From a virus, in the IMG/VR virus record IMGVR_UViG_3300017697_000016, positions 2,903 to 66,902 of that record: a DNA stretch of 64,000 bases. One strand, written 5' to 3'. Positions 26,929 to 37,600 of this stretch are shown here, piece after piece. A model generated the notes under the pieces. That model was not told the origin of the DNA and ran no database searches. It worked only from the letters and a program-made list of their open reading frames with translations. Both the position numbers and the translations under genes were made by a program. Within the stretch, counting starts at the first letter, position 1, and every line of letters starts with the position of its first letter.

Positions 26929-27777
26929 TTATCTATACTCCGTTACTACAACTAAACCAGGTCTTCCGTTTGAGCCTCTGTGGCCATTATAATATCCGCC
27001 ACGCCCGCCTGATCCTGGAGGTGAATGTGATTCGTGTCTGTGACTAAAGTGACCACCTTGTGGGTGTCCACCTGCAACTGATCCACCCCAAAAACTCGAA
27101 CCACCTGGTCCGATACTTTCGTGATGCGATCCGCCACCGCCGCCATAAATGTTTAGGTTGCCACCGCTACCAACTCCAGATAGTCCACCTGAGTGTTGAT
27201 TATTTCTGTTTGCACCATACCCGCCACTTGCGCTTAGGTATGGACCAAATGACGAACCGCCACCGTTATTTCCTCTACCTGAGTAGTATGTTCCGTTTGA
27301 TTGTCCTGAAACACCTACACTTGTTGAACTAATACCATCTACGTTTAAGATTCTTTCTGAGTAGCCACCTGATCCACCACTTTCGCCGTGTCCTGATCCG
27401 CCGCCTCCTCCACCTACTACCTGTACGTGAACAAATCTTACTCCTGCAGGACGATTCCACGTTCCGCTACCTGTAAACACTGCCATACTACGCATACCAA
27501 TGTCTGCATACTGTAAACTACTACCGTTAGAACGTAGTACTTGCAAGTTGCTACCTACACTAGATAATCCTGTTCCGCCAACACCGACGGCTACAGATCC
27601 AGAAACTTTAGATCCATTAATGTCAACTGCGTTGTTTGCAAGTTTAGCTTCAGTAACAGAATTTGCTGCTAATTCACTAGCCGCAACAGCATTTGCTGCA
27701 ATTTGTCCTGCCTGAAGTGTACCGTCGACAATTCCTGAGCCAGTTATTCTTTTTAGTGTATCGTAATTAAATGCCAT
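26929..27777 (-). CDS. Gly/His-rich fibre or adhesin paralogue 3
   Basis: MAFNYD start, LAANSV-type repeats, FTGSGTW.RP.GV..V..GGGGGG glycine-rich domain. Confidence 0.75.
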   Translation of the reverse strand: MAFNYDTLKRITGSGIVDGTLQAGQIAANAVAASELAANSVTEAKLANNAVDINGSKVSGSVAVGVGGTGLSSVGSNLQVLRSNGSSLQYADIGMRSMAVFTGSGTWNRPAGVRFVHVQVVGGGGGGSGHGESGGSGGYSERILNVDGISSTSVGVSGQSNGTYYSGRGNNGGGSSFGPYLSASGGYGANRNNQHSGGLSGVGSGGNLNIYGGGGGSHHESIGPGGSSFWGGSVAGGHPQGGHFSHRHESHSPPGSGGRGGYYNGHRGSNGRPGLVVVTEYR

Positions 27778-27800
27778 TAGTCGTTATACCTTTGTTACTT

Positions 27801-27806
27801 TATTTA
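27801..27806 (-). promoter_or_regulatory. Late promoter TAAATA
   Basis: TAAATA in the 29-bp gap upstream of 27777. Confidence 0.45.
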
Positions 27807-28661
27807 TTAGTAATACATAGTTACCACACAGAAGCCTGGTCTTCCATTGGAACCTCTATGTCCATGAAAGTAGCCTCCTGATCCACCAGAACCTGGTGCT
27901 GAGTGATTTTCGTGTCTGTGACTAAAGTGACCGCCTTGTGGATGTCCGGCTGCTACTGCGCCTCCCCAAAAACTATCTCCGCCTACAGACGATCTATTAT
28001 GATGCGATTGTCCGCCGCCGCCGTAGATCGTAAGTGTGCCGCCGCTGCCTGTGCCACCTAAGCCGCCTGAGTGTTGGTTATTTCTATTTGCGCCATAACC
28101 TCCCGAAGCTGACAAGTAAGGCCCAAATGACGAGCTGCCGCCGTTATTGCCAGCTCCTGAATAGTATGTTCCGTTTGAAGTTCCACTGAGTGAAACACTT
28201 ACACTACTAATACCAGTTACATCTAATACTCGTTCGGAATAACCGCCTGCACCGCCACTTTCGCCGTGTCCTGAGCCACCGCCGCCGCCACCGGAAATTT
28301 GTACTTTAATAAATCTAACGCCACTTGGTCTACTCCAAGTTCCACTACCTGTGAATACTTGCATACCGTACATGCCAACGTTAGCATATGTTAACCCATT
28401 GTTTGATGAGTTAATAGTTAGAGCTTGATTTGCGCCGCCAACACTAGTTAGTCCGGTGCCGCCTCTACTTACAGGCAACGATCCCGTAACGTCACTACTT
28501 GAGAGTACAACAGAGTTATTTGCAAGCTCACTAGATCCTACAGAACTATTTGCTAGTTTTGCGTTTGTTATCGAATCTGCTGCTAAGTCTCCTGCACTTA
28601 TAGTGTCGCTAACAACACCTTCTCTTGTAATGCGCTTTAGTGTATCGTAATTAAATGCCAT
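27807..28661 (-). CDS. Gly/His-rich fibre or adhesin paralogue 2
   Basis: Same architecture; C-terminal domain nearly identical to its neighbours. Confidence 0.75.
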   Translation of the reverse strand: MAFNYDTLKRITREGVVSDTISAGDLAADSITNAKLANSSVGSSELANNSVVLSSSDVTGSLPVSRGGTGLTSVGGANQALTINSSNNGLTYANVGMYGMQVFTGSGTWSRPSGVRFIKVQISGGGGGGSGHGESGGAGGYSERVLDVTGISSVSVSLSGTSNGTYYSGAGNNGGSSSFGPYLSASGGYGANRNNQHSGGLGGTGSGGTLTIYGGGGQSHHNRSSVGGDSFWGGAVAAGHPQGGHFSHRHENHSAPGSGGSGGYFHGHRGSNGRPGFCVVTMYY

Positions 28662-28683
28662 ATTCTAACCTTTGCCTCTTTGC

Positions 28684-29535
28684 TTAATAGTAATTAGTTA
28701 CTACACAGTAGCCAGGGCGTCCGTTTGATCCCCTGTGTCCATGGAAGTAACCGCCTGCGCCGCCTGAGCCGGGCGCTGAGTGATTTTCGTGTCTGTGACT
28801 AAAGTGGCCACCTTGTGGGTGTCCGCCTACAACAGCTCCGCCCCAAAAACTGCGTCCGCCAAATCCCGAACGCTGGTGATGATTTCCGCCACCGCCGCCG
28901 TACACCGTAAGTGTGCCGCCACTGCCTACGCCACCTAAGCCGCCTGAGTGTTGGTTATTTCTATTTGCGCCATAGCCGCCACTTGCACTTAGATACGGAC
29001 CAAATGACGAAGCGCCACCGTTATTGCCAGCGCCTGAGTAGTATGTACCGTTCGATGTTCCACTTAGTGAAACACTCACGCTACTAATGCCAGACACGTC
29101 AATTACTCGTTCAGAGTAGCCGCCTGCGCCGCCACTTTCGCCGTGGCCTGAGCCACCTCCGCCGCCACCACTGATTTGTACTTTAATGTATCTAACATTA
29201 GACGGTCTACTCCAAGTTCCACTACCTGTGAATACTTGCATACCTTGTATACCGTGTTGCTTACTAGTAATACCGGAGCCATTGGAAATAAGTGTTCTAT
29301 AAGAGCCGCCGAAGGGATTTGAAGTTCCGGTTCCGCCTTTGCTAACACTTGCTGTTCCAGTAACTTTGCTTCCAGACAAATTAACAGAGTTATTTGCTAA
29401 TTCACTAGACCCAACTGCACTAGCTGCAATTTCACTAGCCCCGATTGTCGAACTTGCAATTTCTGCAGATCCGATCGATCCATCAACAATACCGCTACTA
29501 GTAATTCTTTTAAGTGAGTCGTAATTAAATGCCAT
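28684..29535 (-). CDS. Gly/His-rich fibre or adhesin paralogue 1
   Basis: Same architecture; GHPQGGHFSHRHENH motif. Confidence 0.75.
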   Translation of the reverse strand: MAFNYDSLKRITSSGIVDGSIGSAEIASSTIGASEIAASAVGSSELANNSVNLSGSKVTGTASVSKGGTGTSNPFGGSYRTLISNGSGITSKQHGIQGMQVFTGSGTWSRPSNVRYIKVQISGGGGGGSGHGESGGAGGYSERVIDVSGISSVSVSLSGTSNGTYYSGAGNNGGASSFGPYLSASGGYGANRNNQHSGGLGGVGSGGTLTVYGGGGGNHHQRSGFGGRSFWGGAVVGGHPQGGHFSHRHENHSAPGSGGAGGYFHGHRGSNGRPGYCVVTNYY

Positions 29536-29547
29536 TGTAAACCTCTA

Positions 29548-31326
29548 TTAAATACCGTTCATCATTCTCCAACCGTAGGTGCTGTTACCTGAAAATACTA
29601 AAGTAAAGCCTGCACCCTGTGTTGAAACTGTCATGTTATCTGCAATGCCCATAATACGTTGGTTATTTCTAGCAACTGTTAAAGCTCTCGAATTAAATGT
29701 TCCGCCATAATCTACAAAGGTAACTGTATCGCCAAGATTTGGGCTTGCAGGTAATGTGATTGTTCTTGCTGACGATGTAGTATTTACCATTAGTCTGTCA
29801 CCGCTTGACGCAGTTATGTTTGAACTTTGTATTACCCAAGACTTACCGTATTGACGTTCAGTATAAGTTTTAGTCATTAAGTCGTAAGCGTTTGACGGAG
29901 TAAAAGATGCTGTAGCTGCTACAGAACCGCCATTAAACTGTACACTACCGCCAAACGTAGAAGTACCAGTGCCTACACTGAATGTACTTGATCCCGTTAC
30001 GGAAGTATTGCCGCCGAGTGTTGTAGTACTATTAGTTCCAAGTGTTGTAAATAAGCCTGTGCTACGACTAATGTTACCAATTGCGCCCTGGAAGCCGCCG
30101 CCGGAGTATACACGCTTTGCAATACTTGCACCACCTTCGGCACGTAAAATGCCAGTGTCACCAGTTGCATTAGTAGCTTCTGTTGTTCCGGTAATGTCTA
30201 CAGTTGAGTTAGCATTTAATGATGTAAATGCTCCAGAACTTGCAGAAGTATTGCCAATTGGCGTGCTTTGAATGCCGCCTGCATAAATTGACCCAGTAAC
30301 ACCGATACCGCCAGTAACACGCAGCGTACCAGAAGTTGTGTTAGTAGCAGCAACGTTTTGAGTCAACGATACTGCGCCACTTGCTGTAATAGTAGTTGCT
30401 GCAATTGTTGATGCTGTTCCGCCGCCAAGTGGTCCATTTAGTCCGCCTGCGTAAACTGATCCACCTACACCGATGCCACCAGTTGCAACTAATGCTCCCG
30501 ATGTTGTACTTGTTGATGCAGTTGTTGCGTTTGCTTGAATTGTACCACTAGCTGCTAGTGATGTAAATGCACCAGTACCCGGATTAATTGTACCAATGCT
30601 CATATTGTTAATAAGGCCGCCAGTAGTAGAAGTAATTAATACTTGTCCGCCTGCACCAATAGTTGTATCTCCACCTGGGTTAATTACAACATTACCTGTT
30701 GCACCACTTGGCGATAATGTAATTGTTTGTCCCGGAGCAGACAAGTTAAGGTCGCCGTTAATAAATGTATCTAACCCTGCTGTACCAATAGTAACTGAGC
30801 TACCTGCAGAGGTAATAGATACTGCTTGCGAAGGATTAATAGTAACTTGACCTGTACCCTGCATTTGAACATGGCTAGCTGGGCTAATGTCAACAATACC
30901 TGATCCTGTCGGACTAATTTCTACATTGTTGTTATTTGGATTTAACTCTACTTTTCCGTTTGCTTCTAATAAGTCTTCAAAGTGTACAGGAAGTTGGAAT
31001 TCTGTAGTACCTGCCAACGCACTTGTTAGGACGTAATTAGCACCATCCGATGTCATTGTATACGTTGAGTTAGTTGGAATTTGTACTGAATTTCCTAACG
31101 CAACACCGTTACCGGTAATATTTCCTGATGCAGCGTCTAATGTTAAAAATCCGTCTGTTGCATTATAAAATGTTTGCCTACTTCCAGGAAAAAATACAGG
31201 ATTCACCATAGTAACTGTATACCCCGGCGTTCCTGTCATTGAGATGATTCCGCCAGTAAACGCATATTGGAGCTCAGTTTCTCCAGTTATCGATAGCGTT
31301 TGCGGTGATGTATTATAACGTGCCAT
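29548..31326 (-). CDS. Tail-fibre-like structural protein
   Basis: Thr/Gly-rich STTSGALVATGGIGVGG repeats; C-terminal T4 gp34-type module (VNTTSSARTITLPASPNLGDTVTFVD). Confidence 0.7.
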   Translation of the reverse strand: MARYNTSPQTLSITGETELQYAFTGGIISMTGTPGYTVTMVNPVFFPGSRQTFYNATDGFLTLDAASGNITGNGVALGNSVQIPTNSTYTMTSDGANYVLTSALAGTTEFQLPVHFEDLLEANGKVELNPNNNNVEISPTGSGIVDISPASHVQMQGTGQVTINPSQAVSITSAGSSVTIGTAGLDTFINGDLNLSAPGQTITLSPSGATGNVVINPGGDTTIGAGGQVLITSTTGGLINNMSIGTINPGTGAFTSLAASGTIQANATTASTSTTSGALVATGGIGVGGSVYAGGLNGPLGGGTASTIAATTITASGAVSLTQNVAATNTTSGTLRVTGGIGVTGSIYAGGIQSTPIGNTSASSGAFTSLNANSTVDITGTTEATNATGDTGILRAEGGASIAKRVYSGGGFQGAIGNISRSTGLFTTLGTNSTTTLGGNTSVTGSSTFSVGTGTSTFGGSVQFNGGSVAATASFTPSNAYDLMTKTYTERQYGKSWVIQSSNITASSGDRLMVNTTSSARTITLPASPNLGDTVTFVDYGGTFNSRALTVARNNQRIMGIADNMTVSTQGAGFTLVFSGNSTYGWRMMNGI

Positions 31327-31342
31327 TTTTTACTCCGTCCCC

Positions 31343-31663
31343 TTATGTAGTAGATGTTTCAATGCCGTAAACAGTACATCCAATGTTTGCAGTATCTGAA
31401 TAGATAACTAAGTTTAATCCGCCTTGCATTACTAAGCCTGTTCGCTCAAATACGCCTTTTGGAATAACAATAGTGTCATACTCTAACCACTCTTGATCAG
31501 TCGGTGTTGCTGTTGTAGCCATTGCAACACGTAATCGTACTGCCGCATCATTTCTATTAGTCAATGACACGTTTGCCACCGCATACGTCCCAACCGGGAC
31601 AGTATACGCTGTTGTGTTTGTTGTTGCCGGAATATCTACATTTCCGAGTCTTCCTGTTGCCAT
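31343..31663 (-). CDS. Small beta-rich virion protein (probable paralogue of 53331-53660)
   Basis: 106 aa, GGAG SD; pattern shared with the 109-aa ORF. Confidence 0.65.
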   Translation of the reverse strand: MATGRLGNVDIPATTNTTAYTVPVGTYAVANVSLTNRNDAAVRLRVAMATTATPTDQEWLEYDTIVIPKGVFERTGLVMQGGLNLVIYSDTANIGCTVYGIETSTT

Positions 31664-31678
31664 GTTCTTTCTCCGTTG

Positions 31679-34600
31679 TTATCTTGCTAGGAAGAAACCA
31701 AGTGCAACCGGTGCACCGTCAATTCCGCCTGTAAAGTTCATCTTCGCTTTAATATTTAGCTGTCCGCCGCTGGTTGTTGTAATTTCATCGTTTGCAATGA
31801 ATACAACACCTGCTGTTAGTGTGTTAACGTTCAAACTACTCTGACCACCACCAATTTGTGCTGTAATGTATGATTTAATAGCACGTTGTGTTGGTACAAT
31901 ACTGTCACTGTTTGCAGTAAAGAATGGATCTGTACTGAACTGCGTAATAATAGCAGACCCAATACCTAAACCAATACCTTGAAGCTGCAATGACTGCAAG
32001 CCTGCTAAGTTAAACGCATCAGCGTCCAATGTCGCAGTACCAGTACTCTGTTGAACACCAAACAATCCACCAACGTTAAAGTTACCGTCTTGGTCAGTAC
32101 TTGTAAAGAATACTCGTCCGCCACCGCTACTTAATTGTTGTCTAGCTACACTTGATGTTGTAATATCCACATATGGATAATTAGTTTTAGCTTGGTTACC
32201 AGTACCAATGTACAAGAAGTCATGTCCTGTTAGACGTACTTGCGAGTACTTATTAGTAGCAGTAATTTGTACACCGTCTAGTGGTGCTTGCAATACTGTT
32301 AGTCCTGGACTAATTTGCAATGTAGCACTGTAATCGCCTGCTTCGCCAACTACTGCATTAACAGCAACTAGTTTAAACCATGTTCCGTCAATGCCAGTAA
32401 ACTCAACGTTTGATCCAGGTTCTGGTAAGTCAAACAATCCACGTACAGCAACAAACGTTGCTGGTTGGAATAAGTCTGCAAATCCGTCACCAGCACCTTC
32501 ACTTGTTGCAGTTTGGTAACCTGTACCTCTGTTAGTAAATGTTGGGTTGCCTAGTACGCCATTGCCTTGTCTTGCGTGTATTGGTGCTACCTCAGTTGAA
32601 TTAGGATCTACAATTACATGTAATGGTCCTGCTTTCCAAGTTGCTCCTGTTGGAGCACTAGTTGCAACTGTTACTGGAATACCAGTGTTTGCAATTAAGC
32701 TAACTGTAATTTCAGTTGTACTTGGAATAGTATTAACATAATACACTTGATTGTCATTTAACGTTGCAGTTGAAAGTCCGTAGAACGTAATCGGCTGTCC
32801 AATTTGCAAACGTGCAGTTGAGTCAATTGTAATTGTGTTAGCTGCTGTTGTGCTTGTTGCATTACCGTTTGGATATGCTGATCCTGGTTCAATCATTCTA
32901 GTTGTAACAATTGCGCCATCAGCTTCGGATAATCTTGCTCTTGCAGTTGACCCTGTAGCAATAAGAGTAGCTACTGTATCTGCTGCGTTTGTTAATGCTA
33001 CCCAACGAGGCTGTTGTCCAGTAGCTCTACCATGTGCTAGGCCATGCCATGCACCTGAAGCACTTAATGTTTCTTCAGTCCATACAATACCATCCCACGA
33101 TGTTGCTACTTTGTCACTAGTTTCAGCTACACAAACAAACAAGCCTTGTGCATACTTAATAGTCTTCCAGTCTGCGCCACTCGGTAATCCACCAGGTGCT
33201 GCATACCATGTAACACCCTCGTCAATACTGTACGCAACGTCTCTAGCACCGTTTGCAATAGTAACAAAACGTCCGTTACCATATACTACGTCTACCCATG
33301 CTGCACTTGTTGGTAGGTTTCCGCCTGCTGTCCAAACAATACCGTTTGTACTTACAGTTGTGCCAACACCGCCTGTGTTAACTGCAATAAACTTTCCTTG
33401 TCCATACGCTACACTTGAGTATGTTCCAGCGCCTAGTGCAGGCATTGCTCTACCTGTCCAAGTGCTACCGTCTGTTGACGATGCTCCTGAACCAACTCCG
33501 CCTGCTCCGCCAACTGCTACATATGTGCCGTTGCCGTAGATTACTGAAACAAAGTTAGCATTTGGTAATACACTACCAGCTGTCCAGTTATTTCCTGCTT
33601 CAATGTCTGCTAGTGTAATACTAGCATTAGTAACTGAACCAGTTGCAACTGCAACAAACTTAGCATTTGTATCTTCAATAGTAATTGTTGGCTGTGTAGT
33701 GTAACCTGCACCGTTTAGAATGTTATTATCGATATCTAGTCCGATAGTAATAAATGCTACGCCTTCATTATCCATTGTTGGTACTAATGTAGCCTGTGTA
33801 GTTGCGCCACCGCCTGTTAAAGTAATTGTCGGTGGAGTTTTGTATCCACGTCCAGTTTGAATAACTTTAACTTCAGTTACTTTGTCTGTATCTGCTTGTA
33901 CATTCGGTACTGCGCCGTAACCTGCACCAGTACTTGTAATGATTACATCTTGAATCGAACCATTTAGTACTGTACATACTGCTGATGCACCGCCGCCACC
34001 ACTTGTTGGAATAAATGTAATTGTAGGAGCAGTTGTGTAACCTTTACCACCGTCAACAACAGTTACTTTAGCAATCTGTGTTGGCCCTGGTAATCCGATA
34101 CTGTTAAGCTCGCCTAGTTCACATGTTAGTACTGCGCCTGATCCGCCTAAGCCACCAATAATAACTTCAGCTTCTACACCTGTGCCACCGCCGAATGTAA
34201 CATCCGACCAATTAGCAGCACTTGGTAGTGTACCAATGTCTGTCCAAGTTTCGCCATCAGCACTTTGAATTACTTGATCTGCACCGTATGGTAATCCGTA
34301 GAAGTTACCATTTGCATATGTAGCTACTTCGTATGCATTTGAAGTAACAGTTGTTGCAGTTGAACTAAAGCCTGGGCTTTGGTAAGTAATACGTGGTTCA
34401 ATAGTATAACCTGTTGTTAAGTCTAGTGATGCTGCAATTGGGTTACCTGGAATAGAATGTTCCCAGCCAGCTTCGTACATTGCAACAGTTTGCCCAGTTG
34501 TGGTTGTAAGCGTTACTGCTGTGCCGCCTTCTTCCTCACTTAGTACAACTGTACCGTCTCTGTTATCTGTAATTACGTAGTAAACATTACTCGGAGTATT

Positions 34601-37600
34601 ACCAATTAGCAATCCGCCTACACTTGATGCAACGTATACTGGCATGCCTACATAAATTTGTTCTGTAGGACCTGTAAGTGTCACAACATTTCCAGTTGCA
34701 TTAGTATCTGTAACTGTAAATGGACCAACGTTGTCTTTATAAACAGTAGCAACTTTTGTACCGTTATTAAATCCTAGAATGTTTCCGTATTGTCCAACAC
34801 CTGTACCAGCTGTTATTTGAATACGCATTCCGTTGTATCCGCCGCCTAGTGCAGTATCTGTTGCTGCAATAGTAACGTGAATTGGACTACCGCCCTGCGC
34901 AACGTTTTTAGCAGTTACATAATCTGAACCGCCAACACCGTTGTTGTCATTTAAGTCAATCAAACGTGTTTCAAATACGCCGCCGTCTCTGTACTCATCC
35001 ATAATACATGTAGCATTAAAGCCTGAGCCACTTAACGCAAACTGTGCATTAGTGTAGTTACGACCAGCATTGTCAAACTCCAAACGCATAATTGCGCTGC
35101 CGTCTGTAGGTACTTCACTTGCAAATGCATCTGCAGATTTGTTATTAACTTCTGCAAGAATTGGAACTTCGCCTGTGTCAGTGCCTTCAGCAATAACACC
35201 ATATGTACCATAAGATGAGTTACCGTTTGTAGCACGAATACGTCCGCCTAAGTCTGCAATGTATCCAGAGTAATTATAATATGCGAACACCGAAACAAGT
35301 TCTGTTAATGAGTTGTTACCAGTACACCATACACCGATACCATCACTTAGTACTTGTGTAAAGTCGTTACTAACAGTTGATCTGTTACCGCCAGCATGTA
35401 ATGCTCCGTCAATCTTGTTACCTACACAACCAACACCGAATGTTGTAACGTTTTGTACGTAAGGTGACTTGTTGCCAATCCAGGCTTCTTTATCCCATGG
35501 ACCAAATCCTGGATCAAGCGATACATAAGCACCTGCTGTTGGACGTCTTGTGCCAAACTCGTTAAGTTCTGTTAAGTTGCCACGTAATCCATTCAGTGTT
35601 TGGTTACGCACACCAGTTGAGTTGCGTACATAGAACATATCTGAACGCTCAGATCCGTTAACTGCATTTAGATAAAGCTCTGCTTGTCTTAGTGACTTAT
35701 AGTTACCTGGGTATTGTAAATCATAAGCAATAGCTTCGATATAACGTTCCATATCTATACGGAATGCTGTTTCGTTAAACTTGTATCTTGCAACACTTGT
35801 TCCTACTCCGCCATCTAATACAATCGGATCATTACCAACTTGTCCTACTGTTGCTGCAACAGTAATTGTAGTCAGTGAAGGTACACTAGACACATAGTAA
35901 GTAGTATCTGCTACTAGTCCGCCAAATGCATTTTCATCAAAGTAAATTGGATCGCCTTTAATAAAGTTATGTGCTGCACTAAATGTAATTGTGCCAGGTG
36001 AATCAGCAATACCTGTAGCTGTTCCTCCAAAGGACTGTTCAACGTGTGCAATTGCTTCTTGCGCTAAGAACTTACTGTTAGCTTTTAAGATGTCTACTCC
36101 TTTAATAGTCTGTACATCATTATAATAAGTGATTGTACCAGTCATCTCTGGAGTTTCGCCAACACCCTTGTCAAGCATTTGGATAATAATATCCATTAGT
36201 TCGTTACAACGTTTAACTGCAACCTTATCGTTAGTTACAAAAGTTGCAATTTGATTTTTAAGTTCTCTATAAGATTGTACTGTAGCAGTTTTTTGTTTTT
36301 CTAAAACAATCTCTGCTTGCGCACCTCTAGCATATGACAATGCTGCAACAGTAGTTTTATAATTACTGTGTAACATCATGTCATATCCAACTGCGTCAAC
36401 AATCAACCCAACATCACGTCTACATTTTGCTTCATTGTATACTAGTGTTGGATAGTTTTCTGCAAGATACTCAATAATAGTTTGTTGAATAGCTGATTTA
36501 GATCCTTGCAAGTTAGTATATTGCTGTTGTAGTGAAGCTGAAACATCAGTTAAGTCTGCAACTTTTCTTTCAATAATTAAAGAACCAATTGCTCCGCCTA
36601 GGCCGCCTGGTGCTTCATCTTCTAGAACATATTCAATGCCTCCAAAGGTGTCTGAAAGCGTTAATGTAGTCGTTGTCGGTGCTGTTCTAATATAATAAAC
36701 AATTTCAGAAATCATTCCTCCAAAATCTGTACTAACACTAATTTCGTCACCTGCTTTTAATCCGTGTGGGTCAACTGTTGTAATAACATTAGATGCAATA
36801 CTTTCTACGTCAGCAGTTCCTCTTGCGCCAGGTCCTGATTCGATTAAGTTAACAATATCTCCAGCTAATGCAAACGCAGTATCTCCGTCAGCCGGTGTGC
36901 CGACTACTTGTGTGTTTGCATCTCTAAACTTAGGAGCAATTTTAAATTGTAGTGCTCCTGGAGAGTCCAATCTGTTTTGTGCAAGTTCATCAACGATAAA
37001 CTGCATATGTTCAAACGCTGCAACTGTTGCTGCTTTGTCGTCTGGATCAATAACAATATCTTCTGCACCTGTTCCTAAATAATAAGATATACCAACTTGC
37101 TGTGAAGCAGAGTTGCCGCCATACGTTAAGTCGTAACGCAATGCATCAACTGCTAGGCCAACATCTCTTACACACTTATCTCTACTGTAAGAAATATTTG
37201 GATAGTTCTCATCTAGGTAAGCAAGTATCTCTACTTTAATAAACTCTTTGTTTTCCCAAATAGTTGTAGCTGCTGCTTGGGTAGTTGTTTCATAAATTGC
37301 CAAATCTAATAGTGGAAGTACCTGCAGTGCTGGTAGTTTGCCGCCATTAATGTAATTTGTAATGTCATCAATAATAATGTCTGCATGTGCTGCTGCTGTA
37401 GTTGCTGCAACATGGCGAAGTTTTTGTTTTAAGAAGTTAACTGCACCAATTGTTGCAAGTTTTTCGTTATCTCTAACTTCTTTAGTTGAAGATAGTCCTC
37501 TGTAATATGATCTACCTGCTATGATTGACGCAAAGTTACTGCCTGTTAGCAGATCTCTTGTAATGGCGTCAACCATTAAGCCTGCATCTCTACGGCAAGT

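Noticed and set aside
26929-29535. CRISPR-like or other non-coding repeat array
   Set aside because: The repeats are in-frame parts of three paralogous CDSs; no repeat-spacer periodicity or cas genes
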